DNA of 64,000 nucleotides, taken from Deltaproteobacteria bacterium. GTDB lineage: Bacteria > Myxococcota > Kuafuiibacteriia > Kuafuiibacteriales > Kuafuiibacteriaceae. The first letter of the stretch is position 1. Each line of letters begins with the position of its first letter. A program made the translations under genes and the position numbers. Positions 1 to 9,844 of the stretch are shown here, in pieces. The notes under the pieces are model-generated. The model worked only from the letters and a program-made list of their open reading frames with translations, did no database searches and was not told the DNA's origin. The DNA lies in NCBI GenBank assembly GCA_040218735.1, contig JAVJQW010000042.1, positions 96,001-160,000 on the forward strand. Reading direction: 5' to 3'.

Positions 1-327
1 GAGATACACCACGCGTGCGTCGTTGCGGCGCGCGACCTCCGCGACGTGCTTCGCCGCGACCCGGTTCGTCTCGGCGCTGTCCGCGTGGTTCACATCGTGC
101 GCGAGGTGAAAGATCAGTCGGCACCCCTGCGCCGCCGACGCGATCATCTCCAGGTCGGTGATGGGGCCGATGCACATCTCGACGCCGTAGCGTCCCACCA
201 TCGTCGCGGTCATCGCGTCGCGCATGTAGACGACGGGCTTCGCGCCCATCGATGCGAGCCGCTCGACGAGGTGCGAACCGACGAACCCCGTCCCGCCGGT
301 GACGAAGACACGCCTACCCGCGAGCAC
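1..327 (-). CDS. NAD-dependent epimerase/dehydratase (extended SDR), 5' part; runs off the window edge
   Basis: My translation from GTG at 327 gives MLAGRRVFVTGGTGFVGSHLVERL, with the TGxxGxxG Rossmann motif. It overlaps the stop of the upstream gene and is not in the ORF track. Confidence 0.85.
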   Translation of the reverse strand, partial: MLAGRRVFVTGGTGFVGSHLVERLASMGAKPVVYMRDAMTATMVGRYGVEMCIGPITDLEMIASAAQGCRLIFHLAHDVNHADSAETNRVAAKHVAEVARRNDARVVYL

Positions 328-1399
328 CGTTCACCTCTCGCACGCGCCGAAGGTGCGGGGGCTCGAGCGGCTCCCGCATCCCGTAACACACCTCGACGAA
401 GTCGACGGAGCGGCGCCCCTCGCTCGAAGGCACCCACGGTGGATGTTCACCGCGCACCGCGCCGAGGAAGTCGTCGAGCTGCTTCTTCATCAGCGCGTCG
501 AAGTCCTCGACCCACAGCGGCTTGCCATTCAGGCGCCACGTGACGCGGTCGCGCTCCGGTCCATTCAAACGATCGCCGTGTCGGTCGGTGGGGCGCAGTC
601 CCATCCCGACGACCTGCGTCTCACCGTCCATCGTGAACGCGAGCTGGTTGCCCTTCTCGGCGCCCATCTCGATCAGGCCCTTCGTTCCCTTCAGTAGAAA
701 CGTGTTCCGGAGCTGCCGCGTGCGCGAGAACTCGACGAACCCGGTCGCGCCCTTCTTGGTGCGGACCTCGACCTCGCAGTTCGCCTCGACGCCCCCCTCC
801 GCGTCGTCGCGGTAGGCGAGCACTTCGAGGTCGCCGAGCCAGTAGAGCAGCAGGTCCACGAGGTGCGGGCCCATGTCCATGAGGCACCCGCCGCCGGCGC
901 GCTGGCGCTCGAACAGGTACGTCGACGCGAGCGGCCACGCGAACTGCCAGCCGTCGCGCACTTCGAAGGAGACGAGCTCGCCGATCAACGAGCGCTCCAT
1001 CGCCGTCTTCACCCAGGCGGTGGTCGCCCAGAAGCGCCGCGGGTGGCCCATCGCGAGCACCGCGCCGCCCTTCGCTTCCGCCGCCTGGATCAGGTCGCAG
1101 TCGGCGCCGTTCAGCCCCATGGGTTTTTCGAGGAGCACGTGCACGCCACGTTCGAGGAGCGTGCTCGCGATCGGTGCGTGGAGGTGATTGGGCACGGCGA
1201 CGATCGCCGCGTCGGCGTGGGCGAAGACGTCGTTCAGATCCTTCGAGACGTTCGGCACGCCGTGTCGCGCGGCGAGCATCTTCGTGCGCGCTTCGTTGGT
1301 GTCGACGAGGAGCGTCACCTCGCCGGCTTGCACCGCGAGCGGGAGGTGATGCGCCTCGGTGATCGCGCCGCAGCCGACGAGGGCGATTCGTACGGACAC
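314..1399 (-). CDS. Gfo/Idh/MocA family oxidoreductase
   Basis: N-terminal IALVGCGAI, VPNHLH, HVLLEKP motif and GGGCLMDMGPHLVD. Confidence 0.9.
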   Translation of the reverse strand: MSVRIALVGCGAITEAHHLPLAVQAGEVTLLVDTNEARTKMLAARHGVPNVSKDLNDVFAHADAAIVAVPNHLHAPIASTLLERGVHVLLEKPMGLNGADCDLIQAAEAKGGAVLAMGHPRRFWATTAWVKTAMERSLIGELVSFEVRDGWQFAWPLASTYLFERQRAGGGCLMDMGPHLVDLLLYWLGDLEVLAYRDDAEGGVEANCEVEVRTKKGATGFVEFSRTRQLRNTFLLKGTKGLIEMGAEKGNQLAFTMDGETQVVGMGLRPTDRHGDRLNGPERDRVTWRLNGKPLWVEDFDALMKKQLDDFLGAVRGEHPPWVPSSEGRRSVDFVEVCYGMREPLEPPHLRRVREVNGARG

Positions 1400-1400
1400 G

Positions 1401-3086
1401 TCAGGCGGCGAGGACGCGGTCGATCGCCTCTTCGGTGTCGAACCACTGCTGCTTGGCGGAGAAGCCGAGGTCCGCCGGCCGCTGCTGGCTGCGCACCCCC
1501 TTGAGCTGCTCCTCGTTGTACTTCAGCACGCGCTTCTTGATGTCCGCGGCGACGATCTCCTTCGCCGGCCCCTCCGGCATCTTCTCCAAGCCGTCGATCA
1601 TGTCGATCATCGCGCGGGTCTCGTCGATCATCTGCATCGCCGGCTCGAAGAACGTGGTGGGCAGCTGGCCGTACTTGTTCTTGAGCACGTACAGCGAACG
1701 CACCACGTCGTAGGACAGGTCGAGGAGCTGCTGGCGCGACAGCCAGTTCGTCTCGTAGTTGAGGCGGTCGCGCCAGTTGAGGCTCACCAACGCCTGCCGG
1801 TGATCCTCCAGCGACTTGTGGATGATCTTGTAGCCGTGCTCCTCCGGGAAGTCGTAACAGTCGCTCCCCGGATCGAGGAACGGCACCATCGGCGCGATGT
1901 ACGGGTGCACGCGCTTGCCCTGGTACTTCTTCAGGAGGTGCTCGCAGTAGTCGAGCGTGTTCCACACCGACATCTCGTCCTGCTTCGACAGGCCGACCAT
2001 GTAATAGACCTCGGCCGCGTAGATGTGGTCGATGGTCTGGTCGAGCATGTCCTCCATCTGCTGCATCGTGTAGTGCCCGCGCCCCGACGCCTTCGCGACC
2101 TCGTCGTCGTGGGAATCGGGTGACAGCTCGAGCAGCGCGCGCTTCCCGAACGACTTCACCTTCTCCGCCGTGGGCAGCCGGGCGAGGCAGTAGTGGATGT
2201 TGCCGAACTTGTCGGAGTCGAGGACGTCCTGCGCCGGGCGGAACATGTCTTTGCGCTGGTGCCAGAAGTCGATCATCACGACCGTCTGCCGGCCCTTCGT
2301 CTGCGCGTTCTTCAGGGACTCGAGCTCCTTGACGAGGGCCTCGGGTGTCTTCGGCATGACCCCCTTCTTCGTACCCATGTGCCGACGGAACGCGCTGCGC
2401 GAGCCGGCGCACCAGTGACAGTTGTACTCACAACCCGCCTGCGGGATGAGCTCGGAGTGCAGCGTCAGGCCCTTGCGGTCCGGCGTGAACACCTTCGACC
2501 AGTCGATCTCTGCGCTGTAGTTCTTCGGCGTGTACGCGAGGTCGTTGAAGTGGGTTTCGTCGCCGACCTTCCAGCAGAGGTTCGGGACGTCCTTCAGCTT
2601 CATCGGGTCGTTCTTCGCCTCGACGAGTTTCTCGATCGGGTAGAGCGTGTCGTAGCCGCGCACGACGTAGTCGACGCAGTCGTACTCCATGAGATCGCGG
2701 AAGAAGTAACTCGACGCGATCCCGCCGATCATCACCTTGGTGTTCGGGTGGTACGACTTGTACAGGCGCGCGAGCTCGATGGCGCCGTGTGCGTGGGCCA
2801 GCCAGTGCAGGTCGATGCCGACGTAGTCCGCGTCGAAGCGCTTGAAGAAGTCGTCGACGTCGAACTCGGGGTCCTTCAGCATCCGCGACGCCACGTTGAA
2901 GTACTCGACGTTGAGCCCGCACTTCTCCATGTGTTGTTTGATCGAGATGATGCCCACCGGCGGCATCTCGAACGCGGAGCTCACGTGCACTGTCGCGGAG
3001 GTGTTGAGATACGCGAACAGGACGTCGTCACGCCCGCGGAAGTCGTAGACGCTCGGAGCGTGGAGCAGGACCATGTCGTACTTCAT
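1401..3086 (-). CDS. Cobalamin-binding radical SAM protein (CloN6/CouN6-like or Ta0216-like methyltransferase)
   Basis: N-terminal LLHAPSVYDFR and B12-binding region (GIDLHW...HGA...MIGG), plus CxxxCxxC motif CEYNCHWC; 561 aa. Confidence 0.8.
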   Translation of the reverse strand: MKYDMVLLHAPSVYDFRGRDDVLFAYLNTSATVHVSSAFEMPPVGIISIKQHMEKCGLNVEYFNVASRMLKDPEFDVDDFFKRFDADYVGIDLHWLAHAHGAIELARLYKSYHPNTKVMIGGIASSYFFRDLMEYDCVDYVVRGYDTLYPIEKLVEAKNDPMKLKDVPNLCWKVGDETHFNDLAYTPKNYSAEIDWSKVFTPDRKGLTLHSELIPQAGCEYNCHWCAGSRSAFRRHMGTKKGVMPKTPEALVKELESLKNAQTKGRQTVVMIDFWHQRKDMFRPAQDVLDSDKFGNIHYCLARLPTAEKVKSFGKRALLELSPDSHDDEVAKASGRGHYTMQQMEDMLDQTIDHIYAAEVYYMVGLSKQDEMSVWNTLDYCEHLLKKYQGKRVHPYIAPMVPFLDPGSDCYDFPEEHGYKIIHKSLEDHRQALVSLNWRDRLNYETNWLSRQQLLDLSYDVVRSLYVLKNKYGQLPTTFFEPAMQMIDETRAMIDMIDGLEKMPEGPAKEIVAADIKKRVLKYNEEQLKGVRSQQRPADLGFSAKQQWFDTEEAIDRVLAA

Positions 3087-3120
3087 GTGGTCACCATGAG
3101 GCGATGTTTCGGAGTTGTGA

Positions 3121-3846
3121 TCAAGTCGGTGGCCCGTGGAGTCGTTCGCCCAAGGGGATCTTCACGATGCGACGTCGCTTGAAGCGCTCGAGCTCGTAGA
3201 GGACACCACCGACGATCGCGAAGCGCCCGGCGATGCGGTGCTCGGTGAATCGCCCGAACTCCTGCCAGCCCGTCACGCGGTACGACCACAGCGGCGCGGT
3301 GTCCCAGGCCCAGACGTACCCGTACGCGTGTGTGAAGCCCGATTCGAAGAGCGCCTGGTAGGTCGCGCGGAACATCGGGATTCCGCGACCACGCAGGGCG
3401 GGCGGGATGAACGAGTCGAATGAGTAGACTTCTTTGTCACACAGCTCGATCCCGAGCCACTCCAGGTCGGGGTAGGGCGCTCGCCCAGGCGTGTTCGTCT
3501 CGTAGAAGACGTACGCGACCACCTCTCCGTCCTCGTACGTCACCCAACCGGGGGTGCCGTCGTCGAGCCGCATCCGGATCTGGTCGATGCGATCCGGCTC
3601 GCTACTGCGCAACATCTTCGCGATCGGGTCGAAGTGGGAGGCGTCGAACGGCTGGATGTCGAAGTCGTAGCGCTCGATCTCCTTCTTCTTCCGGTGTGCC
3701 TTCGGGTTCGAGAGATCGAGCTTCAGGAGGATGACCTCGCGGTTCGCGTCGACGACGTGGGAGGCCGCCGACTTCGCGATCGACTTGGCGCCTTCCTTGA
3801 GACCTTTGTCCTGGAAGCGCCCGATGATCTTGTTGGCGATGCCCAC
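3121..3846 (-). CDS. GNAT-fold acyltransferase-like protein
   Basis: Motif A-like FIPPALRGRGI followed by GFTHAYGYV...YRVTGW; lies within the operon. Confidence 0.6.
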   Translation of the reverse strand: MGIANKIIGRFQDKGLKEGAKSIAKSAASHVVDANREVILLKLDLSNPKAHRKKKEIERYDFDIQPFDASHFDPIAKMLRSSEPDRIDQIRMRLDDGTPGWVTYEDGEVVAYVFYETNTPGRAPYPDLEWLGIELCDKEVYSFDSFIPPALRGRGIPMFRATYQALFESGFTHAYGYVWAWDTAPLWSYRVTGWQEFGRFTEHRIAGRFAIVGGVLYELERFKRRRIVKIPLGERLHGPPT

Positions 3847-3873
3847 GTCGCGAAACCTCCCTTGCCGCCGGCC

Positions 3874-4350
3874 TCAGATCAAGAAACTCAGATTCGCGGT
3901 GGTCGACAGGTCGAACACGATACGTCGGCGCACGAGGCGCCAAGTGCCGTCCTCGTTCGCCCACGAATCCTCGCGCGCGCCCGAGACGACGCGCGCGGGT
4001 TGCTCCCAACGACTCACCGTCGCGAGAAACGAAGCCGCGAGCTCGACTTGGTCCTCCGTCTGCTCGAGCAGCAGGACGTTGGAGATCAGCCGCCGCACGC
4101 GGGTCGCGGGTTGCTCCGCGTGGGCGTGCCCGGTGCGGATGCGCTTCACGCGGGTGACGAGGTCGGCTTTGCGATCGTCGAACAGAGCGAGGAGGCGGGG
4201 GCGATCCAGATCCTCGTCGGCGAGGTTGGAGCGCACCGGCGCAAAGTAGTGGAGGCGATCCGAGAGCATCTCGAGCCACGCTTCGTAGTCGCAGCGGTCG
4301 AGGTGGCGTGCCTCGCGGTACAGGAGCTGCTCGAAGTCGGTGACGTTCAT
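3874..4350 (-). CDS. Aromatic ring-hydroxylating dioxygenase beta subunit
   Basis: True start is MNVTDFEQLLYREARHLD at 4350 (ATGA overlap with the alpha subunit). RVRRLISNV and WRLVRRRIVFD...NLSFLI are typical of the family. Confidence 0.85.
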   Translation of the reverse strand: MNVTDFEQLLYREARHLDRCDYEAWLEMLSDRLHYFAPVRSNLADEDLDRPRLLALFDDRKADLVTRVKRIRTGHAHAEQPATRVRRLISNVLLLEQTEDQVELAASFLATVSRWEQPARVVSGAREDSWANEDGTWRLVRRRIVFDLSTTANLSFLI

Positions 4351-5576
4351 GCTTCGCTCCGCATCAGCTCGTGCCACCGCGAGAAGAAGCCGAAGTTCGC
4401 GTGCTCGGACGGAATGGCGGACAGGTCGCCCGGGAGATGCGCGAGGGCTTCGACGGGGCGCTTCGGGAGCGCGTAGGAGACGGGTTTGCCGTTGCGCTGC
4501 GCACCGGCGACGCCGCGGTGGCACTCCTCCCAGACCTCCAGGTCGTCCTGCTCGAGCATCCCGGTCGGGGAGAAGTAGCGCGACAGGAGGCGCTTCGAAT
4601 TCACCGCGACGTTGTCCGGCGCGTGGGAGGGCACGAGGCCCGACGACCAGATCTCGGTCTTGTCCGGCGCGACGGGTTGCCAGACACGCACGGAGAGGAA
4701 GCCCGGGTAGCTGACGATGGAGAAGTTCGGAAACACGGTGCCGATGTAGAGGCAGCGCAGCAGCTCGGCTTGGTCTTCGGTGAGGCGCTGGCGCGCGGAC
4801 TCGATGAGGTCGCGCTGGAACCGCGTCATGAGGATGCGGTTGCGCGGCGCCATGTTGAGGAGGCCGTGGCCGTTGTCGAAGCGCGCGACGAAGTCCTGCT
4901 GCTTGTCGCCGAAGTTCACGTCGAAGCCGAGCTGCCCCATGCTGCGATGGACGCCGTACTGGTGGCTCGGGTCGCCGGTGAACTGCTCGGCGGGGAACTT
5001 CCAGTTGGCGTCGAAGGTCCAGCGGTGGATGCCTTCGAAGATCGTACGCTCGGTGCCGGCCTGCGCGAGGATGACTTCGAGGTACCACTTCATGTCGCCG
5101 AGGTAGTCCTCGAGCGGGATGATGTTCGCGTCGAAGCTCGCGAACACGAGGCCCTCGAAGGTCTCGACGCGGGGGACTTCGATGAGCCCCGCGTGGACGA
5201 CGTCGAGGTCGGCGAGCTTTGCGCCGGCGATGCCGATCAGCGTCCCGGCCGTGTCGAACGTGCGCACGTGGTACGGGCAGACGAAGCTCTTGGTGTTGCC
5301 GCGGTCCTCGCGGCAGTACCGGGCGCCCTTGTGCGGGCAGGAGTTGAGGAAGACGCGGAGCTGTTGGTCCTTACCGCGGCAGACGACGACGGGGTCGCGG
5401 CCCATGTTCGCGGTGACGAAGTCTCCGGGGTTTTCGAGCTGAGATCGGTGGGCGACGTAGAGCCAGGACCGGCCGAAGACCCTGTTCTGCTCGAGGTCGA
5501 AGAGGGCGCGGTCGGTGAACACGGACGCGCGTACGCTCCTGTGCTCGTAGTCGACGACGTCTTCGATCGCGGTCAT
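4347..5576 (-). CDS. Rieske aromatic ring-hydroxylating dioxygenase alpha subunit
   Basis: Rieske ligands CPHKG...CPYH, mononuclear Fe site NWKFPAEQFTGDPSHQYGVH, and EQDD. Confidence 0.9.
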   Translation of the reverse strand: MTAIEDVVDYEHRSVRASVFTDRALFDLEQNRVFGRSWLYVAHRSQLENPGDFVTANMGRDPVVVCRGKDQQLRVFLNSCPHKGARYCREDRGNTKSFVCPYHVRTFDTAGTLIGIAGAKLADLDVVHAGLIEVPRVETFEGLVFASFDANIIPLEDYLGDMKWYLEVILAQAGTERTIFEGIHRWTFDANWKFPAEQFTGDPSHQYGVHRSMGQLGFDVNFGDKQQDFVARFDNGHGLLNMAPRNRILMTRFQRDLIESARQRLTEDQAELLRCLYIGTVFPNFSIVSYPGFLSVRVWQPVAPDKTEIWSSGLVPSHAPDNVAVNSKRLLSRYFSPTGMLEQDDLEVWEECHRGVAGAQRNGKPVSYALPKRPVEALAHLPGDLSAIPSEHANFGFFSRWHELMRSEA

Positions 5577-5672
5577 GGGGCGGCGAGATCGTGCGCCGTG
5601 CCGAGCGTGCCCGCAAGGCGGCCATCGGTGAGTGTGCGGTCGGGGGTGCGCTGTGACGGGGATTCGGGCGAT

Positions 5673-6539
5673 CTACTCGCCGGCGTCGGCGAGGCGCCCT
5701 TCGAGCTCGGCGAGGCGGCGCGCGAGGGTTTCGGCGCGATCGCGCTCGGCGTCGGCGCGGCGGGCGGCGTCGGCGGCGCGCTCGCGCTCGGCCTCGGCGT
5801 CGCGCTGCGCGGCGTGCGCGGCTTCCTGGGCTTCCTCGGCTCTACGTTCGGCGGCCTGGGCCTCGCGTCGCGTGGCCGCGAGCGCTTGCTCGACCTCGTT
5901 GGTCTTCCGCCCGACCTCGTTCGCGGTCGGTAGCACGCGACCCTCGGCGTCGATCCACCGGAGCATCGGCTCCGTGCCGCCCGGGATGGCGGTTTCACGC
6001 ATCCCGAGCCGCAGCCCGAGCGGCGCGCAGTCGAGGCTGCCGTCCTCGGCCGGCTCGAGCGGGACGTAGACGCCGCCTTCGAGCGCCCATCCCTGGAACG
6101 TCTTCTCGATGGGGTGGAAGACGAAGTAGCGCGCGACCTTGAGGGTGTTCCGGTAGATCTCCTTCTTCGGGCCGAGGTCGTTGGCCTCCGTGGTGGGGGA
6201 GGTCAGCTCGACGACGACGTCCGGCGAGCGCCCGTCCTCTTCCCAGACCACCCAGCTCTTGCGGGGGTGGGGCCGCGTGCCCAGGACCACAAAGACGTCG
6301 GGGCCGAGGAAGTCGTTCTTCTTCGCCTGGGTCTCGGAGAAGTAGAGGAACATGTTCCCGCCGACGAAGAAGTCGTCGCGCTCCATCCATGCGTCCTTCA
6401 ACGAACGGATGAGCAGCGCCATCTGGTCGACGTGTTGGTAACTCTCCATCGGCTTCCCGTCGCTGTACGGGAGGTCCTCGCCCCGCGGAGGCATGCTCGG
6501 CGGGTAGGCAACCAGCGGGTGTTCGCTCATGGCCCTCAC
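5673..6539 (-). CDS. Uma2/DUF820 family endonuclease-fold protein with coiled-coil tail
   Basis: PMESYQH, GPDVFVV, SWVVWEEDG, PDVVVELTSPTT, and an Ala/Glu/Arg-rich C-terminal coil. Confidence 0.85.
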   Translation of the reverse strand: MRAMSEHPLVAYPPSMPPRGEDLPYSDGKPMESYQHVDQMALLIRSLKDAWMERDDFFVGGNMFLYFSETQAKKNDFLGPDVFVVLGTRPHPRKSWVVWEEDGRSPDVVVELTSPTTEANDLGPKKEIYRNTLKVARYFVFHPIEKTFQGWALEGGVYVPLEPAEDGSLDCAPLGLRLGMRETAIPGGTEPMLRWIDAEGRVLPTANEVGRKTNEVEQALAATRREAQAAERRAEEAQEAAHAAQRDAEAERERAADAARRADAERDRAETLARRLAELEGRLADAGE

Positions 6540-6649
6540 GATGACGCTCGGACGGCGGGTTTTGCAAGCTGGCGGCCCGGTCGTCCGAGTGACTTTCGAA
6601 CGCTCGCGTTGCGTCGACCTCGGTCCTTTGCTCTAGTGCCTCGCGCCCC

Positions 6650-7303
6650 ATGAGCGAACGCGACATCAAGGCCGACTCCCTCCTCGGGATGGCGGGGACG
6701 CTGCGTCGTGTCGCGCTCCTCGACGTCGATGCGGTGACGCTCGAGACGCGCGTGCAGACGGTCTTCGGGATCATCCGGTCCTGTTCGTTTGCGTCGGCGG
6801 TCGCGGCGCTCCAGCCGATCCCGCTCCTCGACACCCCCCTGTTGATCCCGATCCAGGTGCGCATGGTGCAGGCCCTGGGGCGCGCGCACGGCAAACAGAT
6901 GGACACGGGCTCGGTCCTCGAGATCCTCGACCTCTACGGCGCGGGGATCGCCGCCCAGTTCGCCCTGTTCGGGGCGGCGAAGCTCGTCCCGGTCGTCGGG
7001 TCCGTCTCGGTGGCGCCGCTCGCGTACTCACTCACGCTCTCGATCGGCGAGCTGTCCGATCACTACATCCAGCACGGCCGAAACGTGCTCCCGCGCCCCC
7101 TGGAGGCCGCGTGGCTGGAGGACGAGAAGGTCGCGAAGGCCTTCAAGCGGATCTTCGCGCGTAATCGGGCCGCCGCGGAGGCCAAGTTCGCGGAGAACAA
7201 CCTCGGCGATCGCCTGCAGCAGCTGCAGGATGCGCACAAACGGGGCCTCCTCACGGACGCCGAGCTGGCCGCCAAGCGCGACGCGCTCCTCCAGCAGTTG
7301 TGA
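6650..7303 (+). CDS. DUF697-like membrane protein with C-terminal SHOCT domain
   Basis: PIPLLDTPLLIPIQVRMV motif and KLVPVVG; the C-terminus RLQQLQDAHKRGLLTDAELAAKRDALL fits SHOCT. Confidence 0.65.
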   Translation: MSERDIKADSLLGMAGTLRRVALLDVDAVTLETRVQTVFGIIRSCSFASAVAALQPIPLLDTPLLIPIQVRMVQALGRAHGKQMDTGSVLEILDLYGAGIAAQFALFGAAKLVPVVGSVSVAPLAYSLTLSIGELSDHYIQHGRNVLPRPLEAAWLEDEKVAKAFKRIFARNRAAAEAKFAENNLGDRLQQLQDAHKRGLLTDAELAAKRDALLQQL

Positions 7304-7337
7304 GACCGGGCCGCGCGGCCTACGATGGGAATTAGCT

Positions 7338-8246
7338 ATGTCTGCGCGCATGTCCGACCGCATCAACGTCATCGCGGTGACGTGGAACATGACCGATCAC
7401 TGCAACTTGACTTGCGCGAACTGCAATCACTCGTCGCCGCTGATGGACCGAGGATTCCTCGACCTCGAGCAGTTCGAACGTGACCTCGGCGTGCTCGAGA
7501 ACGTGATGCACGCCGAAGAGATCAAGCTCCTCGGCGGCGAACCGATGCTCCACCCGAAGATCTCGGACGCCGTGAAGCTCGCGAAGGCGAGCAAGGTCGC
7601 CGACAAGGTCCGCATCATCTCCAACGGCGTGCTCCTCCACCGCGCCGACGACGACTTCTGGAGCAACATCGACATCCTCGAGATCAGCGTCTACCCCGGC
7701 GTGAAGTACAAGGGGGGCGGCGAGGACGGCCTGCAAGCCTACCGCGACAAGGCGGCGGAGCACGGCGTGCACTTCTATCTACCGCCGCGCTGGGACTTCA
7801 AGAAGACGCTCCTCAACAACCGCATCGAGGATCCGGTCCTCGTCGATTACATCTATCGAAACTGCGGACAGATCTCGAAGTGGGGCTGCCACACCGTTCA
7901 AGACGGCCGCTACTACAAGTGCGGCCCCGCGCCGTACCTCGAGCCTCGCATGGCGAAGCGCGGCGAGCCGGTGAAGAACAAAGAGATCGACTCGGTCCCG
8001 CTGCACGACAACCCGAACCTGCGACAGGAGCTCGCCGAGTACCTCAACAGCGAGAAGCCGCTGAAGGCGTGTGAGTACTGCCTCGGCGAGAACGGCGTGA
8101 TGGTCGAACACAAGATGCTCCGCAAGCAGGAGATCATCGACGAGAACATGGCGGACGACGGCGACATCCAGAAGCAGGTCTACTTCCCTCCCGCGCAGCG
8201 CGTTCAGATGATGGTGAAGCGGAAGCTCCTGCGCGTCATTCAGTAG
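7338..8246 (+). CDS. Radical SAM protein with C-terminal Cys cluster (SPASM/twitch-like)
   Basis: CNLTCANC, LLGGEPMLHP, IISNG, and C-terminal CH...KC...CEYC. Start probably ATG 7338 or 7350. Confidence 0.85.
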   Translation: MSARMSDRINVIAVTWNMTDHCNLTCANCNHSSPLMDRGFLDLEQFERDLGVLENVMHAEEIKLLGGEPMLHPKISDAVKLAKASKVADKVRIISNGVLLHRADDDFWSNIDILEISVYPGVKYKGGGEDGLQAYRDKAAEHGVHFYLPPRWDFKKTLLNNRIEDPVLVDYIYRNCGQISKWGCHTVQDGRYYKCGPAPYLEPRMAKRGEPVKNKEIDSVPLHDNPNLRQELAEYLNSEKPLKACEYCLGENGVMVEHKMLRKQEIIDENMADDGDIQKQVYFPPAQRVQMMVKRKLLRVIQ

Positions 8247-8261
8247 GCACCGCGGCCGCGC

Positions 8262-9671
8262 TCACTCGTAGCGCTTCTTGAGGCCGTGTTTCTTGATCTT
8301 GTCGACCAGCGTTCGGACCGCGATGCCGAGCCGTTTCGCGGCCTCGGTTTGATTTCCGTTCGTCGCTTCGAGCGCGGCGCGGATGCAGTTGGCCTCGAAC
8401 GCAGCGGTCCGGGTCTTCAAGTTCTCGCTGGCGTCGAGATCGGTGGGCCCGTCGACGCTCGGTCGGTCGAGGACGCGGCTCGGAAGGTCGTCGGCGCACA
8501 TCGCCGGCCCAGACCCGATGACGACGGCGCTCTCGATCGCGTTCTTCAGCTCACGCACGTTGCCTCTCCATTCGAGTGATTCGAGCATCGTCATGACTTC
8601 TTCGGAGATCGTCTTCACGCGGCCGTTGGGGAAGCGCGTGTTGGCGTCGGCGAGGAACTCGAGCGCCAGGGGGCGGATCTCGGACTTGCGCTCCCGGAGC
8701 GGAGGAATCTCGAACGCGATGCCGCGAAGTCGCCACAAGAGGTCTTCGCGGAACTCACCGCGCGCCACCATGGCCTCGAGGTCGCGATGAGTCGCTGCGA
8801 TGATGCGGCAGTCCACCGCTCTCTCCTCGTGTGCCCCCACCGCAGTGACGCGTCGGGTGTCCAACACACGAAGGAGCGCGACCTGTGTTTGCGGGCGAAG
8901 CTCTCCGACTTCGTCCAGGAAGACGTACCCGGGACCTGCTGCCTCGAAGACACCAGCCCTCCGTTCCGTCGCGCCGGTGAACGCGCCCTTCTCGTGACCG
9001 AACAACGTGCTCTCGATCAGGTCCTTCGGGATCGCGCCGCAGTTGACCGCGAGGAAGGGCGCGTTCGCGAGCGCGCTCCTCGCGTGGATCGATCGCGCAA
9101 CGACCTCCTTGCCGACACCCGTCTCCCCGAGCAGGAGCACGCTGACCGGCGCTTCCGCGACGCGGTCGAGTCGAGCGTGGAGTGCTCGCATGACGTCGCT
9201 CGCAATGACAACGCCGTCCTCACTCGTGTCGCGACTCGACGTCTCTTCGTTCGGCGCGTCCAGCACATGAATCTCGACGTCTCCCGCGAGGAGCGCCTCG
9301 CCCACACGGAGCTCGGCGCGTGTCACGCGTTCCCCGCGTACCTCGATGCCGGAGCGTGACTCGAGATCTTCGACGACGAGGTGTCCGCCGACGCGGCGCA
9401 TCCGAGCGTGTCGCTCGCAGAGGCTGGGATCCGAGACGACGACGTCGGCGTCGACGCCACGACCGAAGACGATCGCGCGCCGATCCGAGAGGCTGATCGT
9501 CTGGACACCGGAGGTGTGATCGAAACGCAAGGTGACTTGCCGCCGTCGCTCGGCGGGTGCCGCGTCGTGCGCTCTTGCGAACACCGGCTGCTCGCCAGGC
9601 GAGCGTCCCGTGGGTTCTCCAAGCGCGAGGCGACGGTCATCCTGACCAGGCTCGCTACGCTTCGTCGTCAC
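8262..9671 (-). CDS. FHA-domain sigma54-dependent transcriptional activator
   Basis: FHA (FGRG...SLCERHA...DLESRSG), Walker [31 protein letters not shown] and a Fis-type HTH. Confidence 0.9.
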   Translation of the reverse strand: MTTKRSEPGQDDRRLALGEPTGRSPGEQPVFARAHDAAPAERRRQVTLRFDHTSGVQTISLSDRRAIVFGRGVDADVVVSDPSLCERHARMRRVGGHLVVEDLESRSGIEVRGERVTRAELRVGEALLAGDVEIHVLDAPNEETSSRDTSEDGVVIASDVMRALHARLDRVAEAPVSVLLLGETGVGKEVVARSIHARSALANAPFLAVNCGAIPKDLIESTLFGHEKGAFTGATERRAGVFEAAGPGYVFLDEVGELRPQTQVALLRVLDTRRVTAVGAHEERAVDCRIIAATHRDLEAMVARGEFREDLLWRLRGIAFEIPPLRERKSEIRPLALEFLADANTRFPNGRVKTISEEVMTMLESLEWRGNVRELKNAIESAVVIGSGPAMCADDLPSRVLDRPSVDGPTDLDASENLKTRTAAFEANCIRAALEATNGNQTEAAKRLGIAVRTLVDKIKKHGLKKRYE

Positions 9672-9844
9672 AACTCTTCTTGTGCGCTATCCGTGTATCC
9701 TAAACACGCGTCTCGATGACTTGCGCACGTGATCTGACTCGGCGGGAAATGGGTTGGACCTAAGGAACGACATCGTCCCTCGCGATGACTTCGTATCAGT
9801 CGGAAACGATCCGAGTCTGAACCTGCCCGATCGTTCAGCGAGCG

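Noticed and set aside
5673-6539. Uma2 nuclease-fold gene as a mobile element or restriction enzyme
   Set aside because: This is a common multicopy family with host-like codon usage, and it has no terminal repeats or cognate MTase.
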